A stretch of 36,714 nt of DNA, taken from contig CAYMPD010000011.1 of NCBI GenBank assembly GCA_964392445.1, forward strand, positions 1 to 36,714, read 5' to 3'. The position numbers were made by a program, and so were the translations under genes. The DNA is from an uncultured archaeon (GTDB lineage Archaea; Aenigmatarchaeota; Aenigmatarchaeia; CG10238-14). The notes below the pieces were generated by a model. The model had not been told where the DNA came from. It saw nothing but the letters and a program-made list of their open reading frames with translations, and searched no databases. Below are positions 1 through 9,571 of this stretch, in pieces (positions within the stretch are counted from its first letter, which is position 1; each line of letters starts with the position of its first letter).

Positions 1-85
1 ACTAACTTTGCTCTGCTAACGCAGAATTTATCGTTTCAAAGTTTTCAGAAACTACGGTGCCAGTGTGATTTTCGGCGGTAAAAAT

Positions 86-140
86 ACTTGCTCCGCTACG
101 CTCCGCACCACGCTGCGCTTTCGTCGCTTCGCTCCTCAGG
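86..140 (-). repeat. GC-rich intergenic GAGCG/AGCGA-motif element
   Basis: Minus strand reads GAGCGAAGCGACGAAAGCGCAGCGTGGTGCGGAGCGTAGCGGAGC, a GC island in AT-rich DNA. It shares GAGCG-N-AGCGA and GAAAGC words with the elements at 27126 and 27925. Confidence 0.5.
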
Positions 141-273
141 AAACTTAACAGGAATTTAACGAGAAATGGTTCGGCTCGCAATTTCCCCAATTTTTACTTC
201 GCAAAAACTTCTCTAAATCCTAATGTTAAAATAACCTCAAAACCCTTAAAACTCTCAAAATCCAATTAAAGTT

Positions 274-612
274 ATGAAAGTGCAAGATTACTTCTTTGGA
301 AAAGTGGAAATAAACGGAAAGACCTACACTAATGACCTAAAAATATTTCCTGATAAAATTAAGTCTAACTGGTGGAGGGAAAGAGGCCATTTACTCCAAG
401 TAAAAGATGTTGAAGATGTTTTTGAATTTGAACCCGATCTGTTAGTTATAGGTAAGGGGGCTTACGGTGATATGAAGATTAGTCAAAAATTAAGAGAAAA
501 ATTAGAAAGTTCTCCCTTTGAATACATCGCTAAAAAGACCTCCGATGCTATTAATGATTTCAATAAAAGTAAAAACCAAAAAATAGTTGGTGTGTTTCAC
601 TTGACTTGTTGA
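274..612 (+). CDS. Mth938/DUF498 (AAMDC-like) domain protein
   Basis: 112 aa: FG-x-V-x-INGKTY..D, WWR..GH, LVIG-x-G, and C-terminal HLTC, all typical of the family. Confidence 0.85.
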   Translation: MKVQDYFFGKVEINGKTYTNDLKIFPDKIKSNWWRERGHLLQVKDVEDVFEFEPDLLVIGKGAYGDMKISQKLREKLESSPFEYIAKKTSDAINDFNKSKNQKIVGVFHLTC

Positions 613-613
613 T

Positions 614-1831
614 TTACTTTTTCTTAAGCGCTTCTAGCACGGGTAATTTTTTCCCAGAAAGATACGTTATCAAAGCACCACCAGCAAGACTCACGTGATT
701 ATAACCATTCCTACTAATATTAAATCTACTCATCGCTGATAGTGTATGTCCTCCTCCAATTAATGAAGTACCATCCGAATTTCTGATTGCTTTTAGGATT
801 GTTTTAGTTCCTAACCCGAATTCATCATCTTCGTAAACCCCAGCAGGTCCCTTCATCACAATATTCTTGGACTCTTTGATTATCTTTGTGTATTTACTCA
901 TGGTCTTGATTCCAATATCCATTAACTGATTCTTAGCGGGTAAATCTTCGACAGAAATCTCTCTTCTTTTTCCTTTGTAATCTTCGGCTAAATCCACTGG
1001 TATCATTATTTTTTTCTTATATTTTTTCCAGATTTTTTTAGTGTGAGGTAGGAATTTAAAGTATTCTTTTTCTTCGAGAAAATCCACTGTTTTTTGACCT
1101 AGGTTATAACCGTCGGCTATCATGAATAAATGGCCAACTATACCAGTGACTAGTACTGTTTCCAAAGTTCCTTCCCCGAGCATGTGTTCCATTATTTCCA
1201 AGGGGTCTTTTGGTTTTGCTCCGCCCAAGACAAATGTATCGTGTTCGGATTTTTTCATTCGAGTGAAGATTTTTTCTAGGGAACCTATCTCCTTTTCCAT
1301 TATTCGACCTATGTAAGAAGGAAGTGCTGCTGTAAAACCGACTAAAGAAGCATGAGATCTATGTGCGGCCGAGAAAGCATCATTAACATACACATCTGCT
1401 AGCGGAGATAAAACTCGAACTAGTTGGCTCTTGGAATGTTGTTTGGGTGTTTTATTATCCTTCTCGTCGGGTAAGAATCTGACATTATCTAAGAGAATTA
1501 CTTGACCATTTTTTAAGGATTTAACCGCTTTTACTGCCTCTTTCCCAATTATATCATCGATGAATTTGACTTTTTTCTTGGAGTACTTGGTTAATATTCT
1601 GGCGTGCTGTTTTAGAGGTAAAAAATCATCTCTCCCTTTTCTTCCTTGGTGAGCAAGTACAACTAATTTAGCTTTCTTGTTAGATATTTCACGAATAGTT
1701 TTTGCTGCCTCGATCGATCTATCTGAAACTTCCACCTTTCCGTCTTTGTCGACCGGTGAGTTAATATCTACTCTAAGTATGGTAGTTTTTCCTTTGAAAT
1801 TACAGTCATCGATTGTTTTGTAGTTTTTCAT
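614..1831 (-). CDS. pgk: Phosphoglycerate kinase
   Basis: LRVDINSP, LAHQGR, LLDNVRF, VNDAFSAAHRSHAS, VLGGAKP, GPAGVYE, GGGH, HVSLAGGA. Confidence 0.97.
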   Translation of the reverse strand: MKNYKTIDDCNFKGKTTILRVDINSPVDKDGKVEVSDRSIEAAKTIREISNKKAKLVVLAHQGRKGRDDFLPLKQHARILTKYSKKKVKFIDDIIGKEAVKAVKSLKNGQVILLDNVRFLPDEKDNKTPKQHSKSQLVRVLSPLADVYVNDAFSAAHRSHASLVGFTAALPSYIGRIMEKEIGSLEKIFTRMKKSEHDTFVLGGAKPKDPLEIMEHMLGEGTLETVLVTGIVGHLFMIADGYNLGQKTVDFLEEKEYFKFLPHTKKIWKKYKKKIMIPVDLAEDYKGKRREISVEDLPAKNQLMDIGIKTMSKYTKIIKESKNIVMKGPAGVYEDDEFGLGTKTILKAIRNSDGTSLIGGGHTLSAMSRFNISRNGYNHVSLAGGALITYLSGKKLPVLEALKKK

Positions 1832-2860
1832 TCAGATCCCAAGAGATTTATCCGTCTTCTTAATCGACTTATCTTTGTCCTTTTCCAATCCAAGCATAGC
1901 TCTAATACAATCAATATTCTCAGGAATAACAATGGATTCAGGATGTACCATATGGGCCCAAAAAACATCATCATTCTGTGTGTTAATAGTCTCATCCCAA
2001 ACAACAACTTCAGGCATATCATACCTTGGTCTTAGTAAGTCTCGATACCTCTCAATAACTTGTGCAGTTGACTCATATCCGTGCCCAGCTTTGAGAACGG
2101 TAATTCTCGGTGTTTTTTGGAATTTTTTCTTGATTTCTTCTGCCTTTGGTAGATTTTCAACCTCGCAATGGAATACATGAACATGCGCTAATGTGGTTGG
2201 TACTTTGACCGCCATAGTTTTGATGTCGATATCTGGTAAAACTGTCTGAACATCTGGTCCGTGATGGGATGGTACGTGCATGACGGGGACTATCGAATTG
2301 CCCACACCTTTATTTTCTGGTGGATCCCCTGCACGTCTTATTAATGCTACATCCACTTCAACAATCTTGGTTAATTTGGATAATGTATGTAATAATCTTA
2401 TTAGTGAGGTAGTATTACAACTAGGAACACGGACATAATCATGATTAACCGCTTCATTGTAATTGACAAATGTGTTGAAGGTCATTGGTGCTACTTCATC
2501 TTTTTCCCCGCCCTGGAATATTGCTTTGACTCCATACTTCTTGTACAGTTTCTTATTTTCAGCACCTACTTTTTTCGGAGCACAGTCAACAACCAAATCC
2601 ACTTCGCCTTTCTCAAGCAATTCTCCAAGTGAACCATTAACATACATTCCGTCTTCTTTCATTTTTTCCACCCATTCCGGAGAACAGGCGTAGAGATCAG
2701 TTTTATGCAGAGGTCCCTCTGGTTCGAGGAGTGTTCTTAGGGTTGAGGATGCTGACCTAGTTGATATAGCATGAAGTTTCATATCATCTTGGAGTTTAAT
2801 TGCATGAGCAACTCTTTTTCCGATTATTCCCATTCCGTTTACAACAATATTGGCTGACAT
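1832..2860 (-). CDS. gap: Archaeal type II glyceraldehyde-3-phosphate dehydrogenase
   Basis: NGMGIIGKRVA, FQGGEK, catalytic VPSCNTT, RRAGDP, PSHHGPDV, HPESIVIPENIDCIRAM. Its stop abuts the pgk ATG (TGAATG). Confidence 0.95.
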   Translation of the reverse strand: MSANIVVNGMGIIGKRVAHAIKLQDDMKLHAISTRSASSTLRTLLEPEGPLHKTDLYACSPEWVEKMKEDGMYVNGSLGELLEKGEVDLVVDCAPKKVGAENKKLYKKYGVKAIFQGGEKDEVAPMTFNTFVNYNEAVNHDYVRVPSCNTTSLIRLLHTLSKLTKIVEVDVALIRRAGDPPENKGVGNSIVPVMHVPSHHGPDVQTVLPDIDIKTMAVKVPTTLAHVHVFHCEVENLPKAEEIKKKFQKTPRITVLKAGHGYESTAQVIERYRDLLRPRYDMPEVVVWDETINTQNDDVFWAHMVHPESIVIPENIDCIRAMLGLEKDKDKSIKKTDKSLGI

Positions 2861-2925
2861 ATTACATCACTGTAGTATAATTTGTTCTATGTGGTAGAAA
2901 TAATTTATTGATACTTGGGTAATAT

Positions 2926-4290
2926 TTAGGAAATTAAATTAAACCCGAATGCAGTTAAAAATACTATCAATAGAATAATTATACCTGTCAATATTTTATC
3001 AGTTAGTATTTTCTCTACTATATTTTTATTTTCCCATATTTGGTTGAATTTTTTAAGAGACCTATCAGAGGCGAAATATATATTTTGAATAAACAATCTT
3101 CTCGGAATAGCATGTTCCAAGCAAACAGGATTTTGAAGTAGGTAATCTATTTTTTTATGATAAGCGCATAAGATTTTACCACAGACTGGACATAAATACT
3201 TGTTTTTATCGAAAAATGTTTTATTCCTACCACAAATTATACATTTATTGAGTTCATTTTTCGTATAAAGTAGCTTATTTTGATTACAGAACAAAACCTG
3301 CTCATAATTATTATCAATTATATTAATTTTATTCTCGAATTTAGGTAAATAAATTGGGAATGTCTCAGTTATCTTAATGTCCCTAAATTTTGGTTTACAA
3401 ATTTTATTATACTCAACATTATTTCCCCCTACATATCTTACGTTTTTTGTGTATTTCCTTATGATTAAATTAATTGCTTTCTCTTCAAGTTCATTCTCGC
3501 TAAATTCGAAAGGTATTATTTTTTCCTCCTCCTTTTTATTTAAATGCCTCAAATTTGGAAAGGATTGGAAAAATAGATTATAATATTTTGAGTCAAGTTC
3601 AGATAAAGAATTAGCCTCCAGAACTATCCTCTGATTAGCATTATTCACTTTATATATACGTCCCACATTTGTGCTTATTGAGGAATTTACATCATAATGT
3701 ATACAATAAGAAGGAATTAAGCCCAATTCACTCTTTGATTTTAAGAAGTTGGTATCTGAACCCAAAATTTTCTTAAATTCCCTCTCTATGACTTCTTTCA
3801 TTTCTTTTTTATTAATATGTTCTACGACATCATGGGCAATTACTTGTATTTTTCCGTTAAATATGATTATACCATTATCTTTACATATTTTTCTTAATTT
3901 TTTCCCATCTATTAATTCTATTTCCATCTGATTTTTATAGTCCCTGTTAATTTCATCAACATAACTTTTGACAGTGGATGAAAATTTACCAGAAGTAACT
4001 ACAATTCCTTTTATGTAGGGGCTACTCCTTTTCTCATGTAGCATTGCTCCTTGGAGTTTTTGAATAACGGGTCTGCCCACAGATTCCTTATGTTTACATT
4101 CAACAACTACAGGACAAGAAATATCACCCTTTTTATAGGTCATTAGAATATCTTTACCTTTATCATTTACTCTATCTGCAATTTTAACATTATAATAACC
4201 TATTTTACTCATAATTTTTGCTACTAAGTCTTCAAACTCAAACCCAGAAAGATTATCGATATCAAGACGGGATTTTTTTGGTTTTGACAT
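2926..4290 (-). CDS. Mrr-type PD-(D/E)xK nuclease with C-terminal Zn finger and transmembrane anchor
   Basis: N-terminal Mrr_cat motifs GFEFEDLVAKI...DKGKDI...VECK...VGRPVIQKL...GIVVTSGKFS...LIDG. C-terminal CxxC..CxxC..CxxH..CxxH and hydrophobic tail ILTGIIILLIVFLTAFGFNLI. Confidence 0.8.
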   Translation of the reverse strand: MSKPKKSRLDIDNLSGFEFEDLVAKIMSKIGYYNVKIADRVNDKGKDILMTYKKGDISCPVVVECKHKESVGRPVIQKLQGAMLHEKRSSPYIKGIVVTSGKFSSTVKSYVDEINRDYKNQMEIELIDGKKLRKICKDNGIIIFNGKIQVIAHDVVEHINKKEMKEVIEREFKKILGSDTNFLKSKSELGLIPSYCIHYDVNSSISTNVGRIYKVNNANQRIVLEANSLSELDSKYYNLFFQSFPNLRHLNKKEEEKIIPFEFSENELEEKAINLIIRKYTKNVRYVGGNNVEYNKICKPKFRDIKITETFPIYLPKFENKINIIDNNYEQVLFCNQNKLLYTKNELNKCIICGRNKTFFDKNKYLCPVCGKILCAYHKKIDYLLQNPVCLEHAIPRRLFIQNIYFASDRSLKKFNQIWENKNIVEKILTDKILTGIIILLIVFLTAFGFNLIS

Positions 4291-4406
4291 TTATTTAGAT
4301 ATTCTCCTAAGGAAAATAAATATTTTTTAAAAAATCAGAACTAATTCAATTCATTAAGTGTTATAATATGGAAAGGGGGAAAGTGTTCCTTTAATGATAT
4401 ATTTTT

Positions 4407-4422
4407 TATATCAATTGATATA
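4407..4422. other. Perfect 16-bp palindrome TATATCAATTGATATA
   Basis: Read directly from the sequence, between the iPGM stop and the nuclease start. Function unknown. Confidence 0.6.
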
Positions 4423-4435
4423 CTAACTTCCCTTC

Positions 4436-5962
4436 TTAGACTTCTGATATCAAACTCTCCCCACTCATCTCCTCAGGCTTATCCAAACCCATCAGCCCAA
4501 GCACAGTAGGAGCAACATCTTTCTGACCACTATCCTTCAACTCAATTCCCTTCAACCCACCCCCAATCACAAAAAAATTCACAGGATTAGTCGAATGACT
4601 AGGTTTAGGTGTACCATCAGGATATAGTTTATCCTCAACACTACCATGATCCGCGGTCAAAACGACAACATAATCGTTCTCCAAAGCAACACCAATCACT
4701 TTACCAGTACATTCATCCACATTCTCAATCGCCTTGATTATAGCTTGTTTATCAGCAGTATGTCCAACCAGATCACAGTTAGCAAAGTTAATCAGGATAA
4801 AATCAAACTTCCCAGAAGATATCTGTTTTTCAGCTTCCCCAGCAATCTCATAAGCCGACATTTCAGGTTTTTGGTCATAGGAAGGAACTTTAGCACTGGG
4901 TATCATTATCCTTTCCTCGCCCGGATAAGGTTCATCCCGCTGACAATTAAAAAAATAAGTAACATGTGCATACTTCTCTGTCTCTGCAAGTCTTAACTGC
5001 TTCAAACCATTCTCAGAAAGAACTTCACCTAAATCCCCATCAATCTCAACTTCTTCAAAGGCATTAATGTCCCCAAAATCTTCCTCATATTCAGTCATGG
5101 TAACAAAATGAACATCAGGATAAACATCTCTTTCAAACTCGTTAAATTCCTCAGCAATAAATGCTTTAGTCAACTGTTTTGGCCTGTCAGTTCTAAAGTT
5201 ACAAAATATGAAACCGTCATTATTTTCAACTTTCACGTCTTCTATCAATGTTGGTTTAATGTAATAATCGGTTTTTTCACCTCTCTCATAAGCTTTCTCA
5301 ATCGCTTCTTTTGCTGAATTCGCTTCAAATCCTTCTCCTTTTGTTAGCAAATCATACGCCTTCTTAGTTCTCTCCCAGTTATTATCCCTGTCCATCGAAT
5401 AGAATCTACCACAAACAGTTGCGATCTTACCCACACTCAATTCTGAGCACTTATCCTCTATCATCTCCACATACTTCTTCGCAGACTTCTCAGGAACATC
5501 CCGACCATCAGAAACAAAGTGAATGAAGACTTTATCCAAATCATTATTCTTAGCCATTTTTAACAAAGCGAACAAGTGATTTATGTGTGCATGAACACCC
5601 GCATCAGAACAGAGACCAGTTATATGTAGTTTAGAATTATTTTTCTTTACTTTTTCCATTAATTCGTTTAACTTTTCATTCTCAAAGAATGATCCGTCTT
5701 TAATCGCACGGTTAATCAATTCATAAGGCTGCCAAACGATTCTTCCCGCTCCCATGTGAAGATGACCAACCTCAGAATTCCCTTGAGATCCTTCAGGTAA
5801 TCCGACAGCATTTCCCGCAGCCTGGTTCAAACAATGAGGATATTTCTCTAGGAGGCTATCAAAAACCGGGGTTTCAGATTTTGTAACGTAATTCCCAGGA
5901 CCATCTGGAGCAACACCCCATCCATCAGCAATCAGTAATATAACCTTGTTCTTAACTTCCAT
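4436..5962 (-). CDS. gpmI: 2,3-bisphosphoglycerate-independent phosphoglycerate mutase (bacterial GpmI type)
   Basis: LIADGWG, GNSEVGH, DGRD, MDRDNNWER, NFRTDR, AETEKYAHVTYFFN, NFANCDLVGHT, TADHG, HSTNPV. Confidence 0.96.
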   Translation of the reverse strand: MEVKNKVILLIADGWGVAPDGPGNYVTKSETPVFDSLLEKYPHCLNQAAGNAVGLPEGSQGNSEVGHLHMGAGRIVWQPYELINRAIKDGSFFENEKLNELMEKVKKNNSKLHITGLCSDAGVHAHINHLFALLKMAKNNDLDKVFIHFVSDGRDVPEKSAKKYVEMIEDKCSELSVGKIATVCGRFYSMDRDNNWERTKKAYDLLTKGEGFEANSAKEAIEKAYERGEKTDYYIKPTLIEDVKVENNDGFIFCNFRTDRPKQLTKAFIAEEFNEFERDVYPDVHFVTMTEYEEDFGDINAFEEVEIDGDLGEVLSENGLKQLRLAETEKYAHVTYFFNCQRDEPYPGEERIMIPSAKVPSYDQKPEMSAYEIAGEAEKQISSGKFDFILINFANCDLVGHTADKQAIIKAIENVDECTGKVIGVALENDYVVVLTADHGSVEDKLYPDGTPKPSHSTNPVNFFVIGGGLKGIELKDSGQKDVAPTVLGLMGLDKPEEMSGESLISEV

Positions 5963-5971
5963 ATAACCATC

Positions 5972-7273
5972 CTAAATTGTTTTTCTAAATTCTTTTCCTG
6001 CTGGCCTTGCTTTCTCTCCCAATTCATCTTCTATCTCCATTAGTCTGTTGTACTTACAAGTTCTTTCTCCTCTGGAAGGACCAACTTTAATAAATCCTGA
6101 ACCCACTGCTACAGCCAAATCCACCATTGAAGTGTCATTAGTCTCCCCACCACCTCTGTGCGAAACAACCGTCATCATTCCGTGTTTCCTCGCAAGCATA
6201 CAGCAATCCACACATTCAGTCAAAGATCCAATCTGGTTAAGCTTGATAAGAATGGAATTAATCGCCTCCATATCAATTGCTTTTTGCAGTCTTCTCGGGT
6301 TAGTGACTGTTAAATCATCTCCCATTACCGCAACCTTATCCCCAACCTTCTGCATTATTTTTGTCCAAGCATCCCAGTCATCCTCGTCCAGAGGATCTTC
6401 TAAAACCATTATCTCCGGATATTTCTCTACCCAATTAACAAAATAATCAACCATCTCGTCAGAGGTTAATTTTTTACCCTCTTTTTCAAGATTATATTTA
6501 CCATTTTCGAATATTTCTGAGACTGCAGGGTCCAAGGATATTCCTATATCTTCTCCTTTCTTATAACCGGTCTTTTCAATTGCTTCAAGAATAAGAGGTA
6601 ATGGTGCTTCATTCGATTTCAATCCGCTCGGAGCAAAAGCACCTTCATTTCCCACATTTACAGTAAATCCTTTCGACTTGAGTAATTTCTTGAGTGTTAA
6701 ATAAGTCTCAATCCCCATTCTAACATTTTCCTTAGCAGATTGTCCCCCCATAGGAGAGACCATGTATTCCTGAAGATCTGTTGAGTCATGAGCATGAACA
6801 CCACCTTCAATCACAACCATCATGGGGTTAGGAAGCATCCAATCTTGGATATCTAGGCTAAAAACTTCTCTTATATACTTATACAGGGGTATTAGCTTCT
6901 CATTAGACGCAGCTCTGGCTACAGCCAAAGAAACCCCAAGGATAGCATTACCACCTAATCTGGATTTGTTCTCCGTACCGTCAAGCTCAAGCATTATTTG
7001 GTCTATTTTTCTTTGATCATAAGGTTCTTTTCCTATCAATTTCGGTGCTATTTCGTTATTAACATTACCAACCGCCTTGAGCATACCTTTACCCATAAAC
7101 CTGTTAGGATCTTTATCAAGCAACATAAAAGCTTCGTGACTACCAGCCGAAGAACCGAAAGGGACTGATGCGACTCCTTCCCGAGTACTACTTAATTTAA
7201 CTTTTACTTCCAATGTTGGAACAGAACCAGAACTTAGTATTTCTCTTGCTTTGATTTTTTTAATTTTTGTCAA
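5972..7273 (-). CDS. eno: Enolase (variant)
   Basis: GGNAILGVSLA, GGVHA, LQEYM, NEGAFAP, EDPLDEDDW, GDDLTVTN, IKLNQIGSLTE, SHR, KYNRLMEIE. TTG start preceded by an AGGTG SD. Confidence 0.93.
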   Translation of the reverse strand: MTKIKKIKAREILSSGSVPTLEVKVKLSSTREGVASVPFGSSAGSHEAFMLLDKDPNRFMGKGMLKAVGNVNNEIAPKLIGKEPYDQRKIDQIMLELDGTENKSRLGGNAILGVSLAVARAASNEKLIPLYKYIREVFSLDIQDWMLPNPMMVVIEGGVHAHDSTDLQEYMVSPMGGQSAKENVRMGIETYLTLKKLLKSKGFTVNVGNEGAFAPSGLKSNEAPLPLILEAIEKTGYKKGEDIGISLDPAVSEIFENGKYNLEKEGKKLTSDEMVDYFVNWVEKYPEIMVLEDPLDEDDWDAWTKIMQKVGDKVAVMGDDLTVTNPRRLQKAIDMEAINSILIKLNQIGSLTECVDCCMLARKHGMMTVVSHRGGGETNDTSMVDLAVAVGSGFIKVGPSRGERTCKYNRLMEIEDELGEKARPAGKEFRKTI

Positions 7274-7378
7274 TATATCACCTGTTACTAATAATAGGAA
7301 TTCGGTAGAATTTATGACTTTTGCTCTTGGGAATAAACTTTTTAATTCGCATTAATCAAATGTATTACTAGTGTTAGC

Positions 7379-8149
7379 ATGACTAGAACAATTGGCGTAA
7401 TGTCAGGTAAAGGTGGAGTAGGAAAGACAACAATAGTCTCTAATCTGAGTACAATACTAGCCAAAAAAGAGAAAAAAGTAACTGTTCTTGACTGTAATTT
7501 CACTACTTCTCATCTTCTTATGCACTTTGGAAAGGTTTATCATCCGAAAACACTGAATGATGTTCTTAGAGGTCAATCTTCTATGGAGGAAGCTACTTAT
7601 TTCAACTTCACTGGGGTTAATATTGTCCCTGCATCCCTGGATCTTTCGGACATGATGGGTGTGGATGTTAAGATGCTTGATTCGAAAATAAGAAATATTT
7701 TTCAGGATCAGGATTTTGTTTTTCTGGATAATGCTGCGGGATTTGGTCGGGAATCAATCTCAGGTATGATGGCCTCTAGGGAAGCAATTCTTGTAGCAAC
7801 ACCTTATCTTCCTGACATCACTGATATCATCCGAGGTAAGACTATTCTTGAGGATTTGGATATTGAGATACTTGGGGTAGTTCTTAACAAAATCACGGGA
7901 AAGGATTTTGAACTAAAAGATGAGGAAATTTTGGAATTGACGGAATTACCAATATTAGCAAAAATACCATTTGATTACAAGGTTATGGAAAGTCTGGGTT
8001 TGAAGACTCCTTTGACATTTTACGACAAGAAATCCCAGGTTTCCAAGGGATTCCATAGGTTAGCTTCTACTTTGGCTGGGGAGGATTATATTCCTACTGG
8101 AGGAGGTATTCTTGATACATTGAGTGCTTTGTTTAGGAGATGGAGTTAA
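7379..8149 (+). CDS. minD: MinD/ParA-family ATPase
   Basis: Deviant Walker A SGKGGVGKTT, DNAAGFG, LGVVLNK, IPFD; divergent from eno. Confidence 0.85.
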   Translation: MTRTIGVMSGKGGVGKTTIVSNLSTILAKKEKKVTVLDCNFTTSHLLMHFGKVYHPKTLNDVLRGQSSMEEATYFNFTGVNIVPASLDLSDMMGVDVKMLDSKIRNIFQDQDFVFLDNAAGFGRESISGMMASREAILVATPYLPDITDIIRGKTILEDLDIEILGVVLNKITGKDFELKDEEILELTELPILAKIPFDYKVMESLGLKTPLTFYDKKSQVSKGFHRLASTLAGEDYIPTGGGILDTLSALFRRWS

Positions 8150-8244
8150 TTATAGAATATTTTCTGTTTATTTTTATTTTGGGTCTTTGTGATTAGATAG
8201 GACTAAAATCATCAAACTCTTAACGTAGAACTCCTCAAAGTTAA

Positions 8245-9462
8245 TTATTCCGTCGAGTAGTAGTAATTATTCATCTTCTTGTATATCTCTTCTCTTATAT
8301 CATGAGCTTTATCTATAAGACCTTCAACTTTCTTGTCCCCAGATATTCTCTGTAATTGAGTAAAAGCCTTTGATTGTATTTCTAATCCTGCCAAGAACCT
8401 CGAAGCAACCCTATGCCATTCATCTCTAGTAAACCACCAGTACATACAGCTATACTGACTCTTATCAACAACATTTCTTATAGTCCCGAATTTACTTTTA
8501 AGTCCTTTTTTACCCTTTAATTTACCTTCTACTATGTCCGAAGCATCAATAAGCAATCCCAAATGGTCCCAAGCAAGTTTATGCACACTCTTGAACGGTT
8601 CCTGGTGTCTTTCTAACCAAAGAGGGAAATAATTACCTGCTTTAATATCCTCATAAGTAGTAGACCAACTTGACGGAAAAGCATCTACTTCACCTAAATG
8701 TTCGAATTTCTCAAAGATTTCACTACAAGTTATTGTCTCCACATCAGGGTTTTTTCTTATTTTTTCTAGTGTCTCTCTCATTCCTTTAACCATAAACGGA
8801 ACATGATGACCTATAGTTTCACCGTCTAAAGCCGTAAAACAGTAAGTTCCTTTATTTTTAGTTAATTCATCAACAAAATTATTATCTGTTCGACCAAAAC
8901 CTATGTCCAGACTTATTCTATCATCCCTAAATATAACTTTTAGACTATTTTTACCATTTTTAACGGTATGATAACCTTCATTTGTCCATTTACCATTAGA
9001 AGCTACTCCTACTAGAGGAACCCATCTATATCCTGCTTTTTTAATCGCTGAGATAACTTTTGGGGAATAAGCCATTTCGGGTAACCAGACTCCTGTAGGT
9101 TTATAAGCATCTCCGAAAGCCTTCCTGTTGATTTCATCATTAATTTTTATCTGTCTTATAATCTCCTTTTCTGGTAAAAGCGGACAGATTGTGTGATAAC
9201 AAGGTGTAGAAACAAATTCTAATTGGCCATTCTCGGCTAATTTCTTGAACCCTTCAATTACGTCCCACATTTCATGATCCATCAGTAACTGGGTCAAAGA
9301 AGCGTTGATGTTTAGCGTTAATTTAGCCCCTGGGAAGTCTGAGTACAGTTTTATTATTTGTCTGTAAGACTCATTAGTGACCTTTTCTAACCATTCCTTT
9401 GTCTGGACCGGAGGCTGATAAATATGCCATAATGGAGCCCAAAATACTTTGTTCCCGGACAT
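8245..9462 (-). CDS. GH57 glycoside hydrolase (no. 1)
   Basis: HIYQP, YHTICPL, nucleophile WLPEMAY, acid/base LDGE, SSW. ATG at 9462 preferred over GTG 9471 (AGTGA SD). Confidence 0.88.
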   Translation of the reverse strand: MSGNKVFWAPLWHIYQPPVQTKEWLEKVTNESYRQIIKLYSDFPGAKLTLNINASLTQLLMDHEMWDVIEGFKKLAENGQLEFVSTPCYHTICPLLPEKEIIRQIKINDEINRKAFGDAYKPTGVWLPEMAYSPKVISAIKKAGYRWVPLVGVASNGKWTNEGYHTVKNGKNSLKVIFRDDRISLDIGFGRTDNNFVDELTKNKGTYCFTALDGETIGHHVPFMVKGMRETLEKIRKNPDVETITCSEIFEKFEHLGEVDAFPSSWSTTYEDIKAGNYFPLWLERHQEPFKSVHKLAWDHLGLLIDASDIVEGKLKGKKGLKSKFGTIRNVVDKSQYSCMYWWFTRDEWHRVASRFLAGLEIQSKAFTQLQRISGDKKVEGLIDKAHDIREEIYKKMNNYYYSTE

Positions 9463-9571
9463 AGTTGTCACTAACTAATAGTTATAACTAGTATATAAAT
9501 ATTACTATAGAGTAGTAAATAAGTTAGAAAAGGAAGGGAGTTAAAAAAAAGAAGTATTCACGATTGAATTT

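Noticed and set aside
2-190. 62-aa minus-strand ORF
   Set aside because: Its peptide (RSEATKAQRGAERSGAS) is just the translation of the GC-rich repeat words; no family signal.
2861-7300. Thermococcales glycolytic motif (TATCAC-N5-GTGATA) upstream of gap and eno
   Set aside because: Only ATCAC half-sites are present, and they are the reverse complement of the GTGAT Shine-Dalgarno.
9479-9518. TAGTTATAACTA and TTACTA-N5-TAGTAA palindromes (AGTTATAACT also near 31875)
   Set aside because: Short AT-only palindromes are expected by chance at this composition; no consistent position relative to starts.
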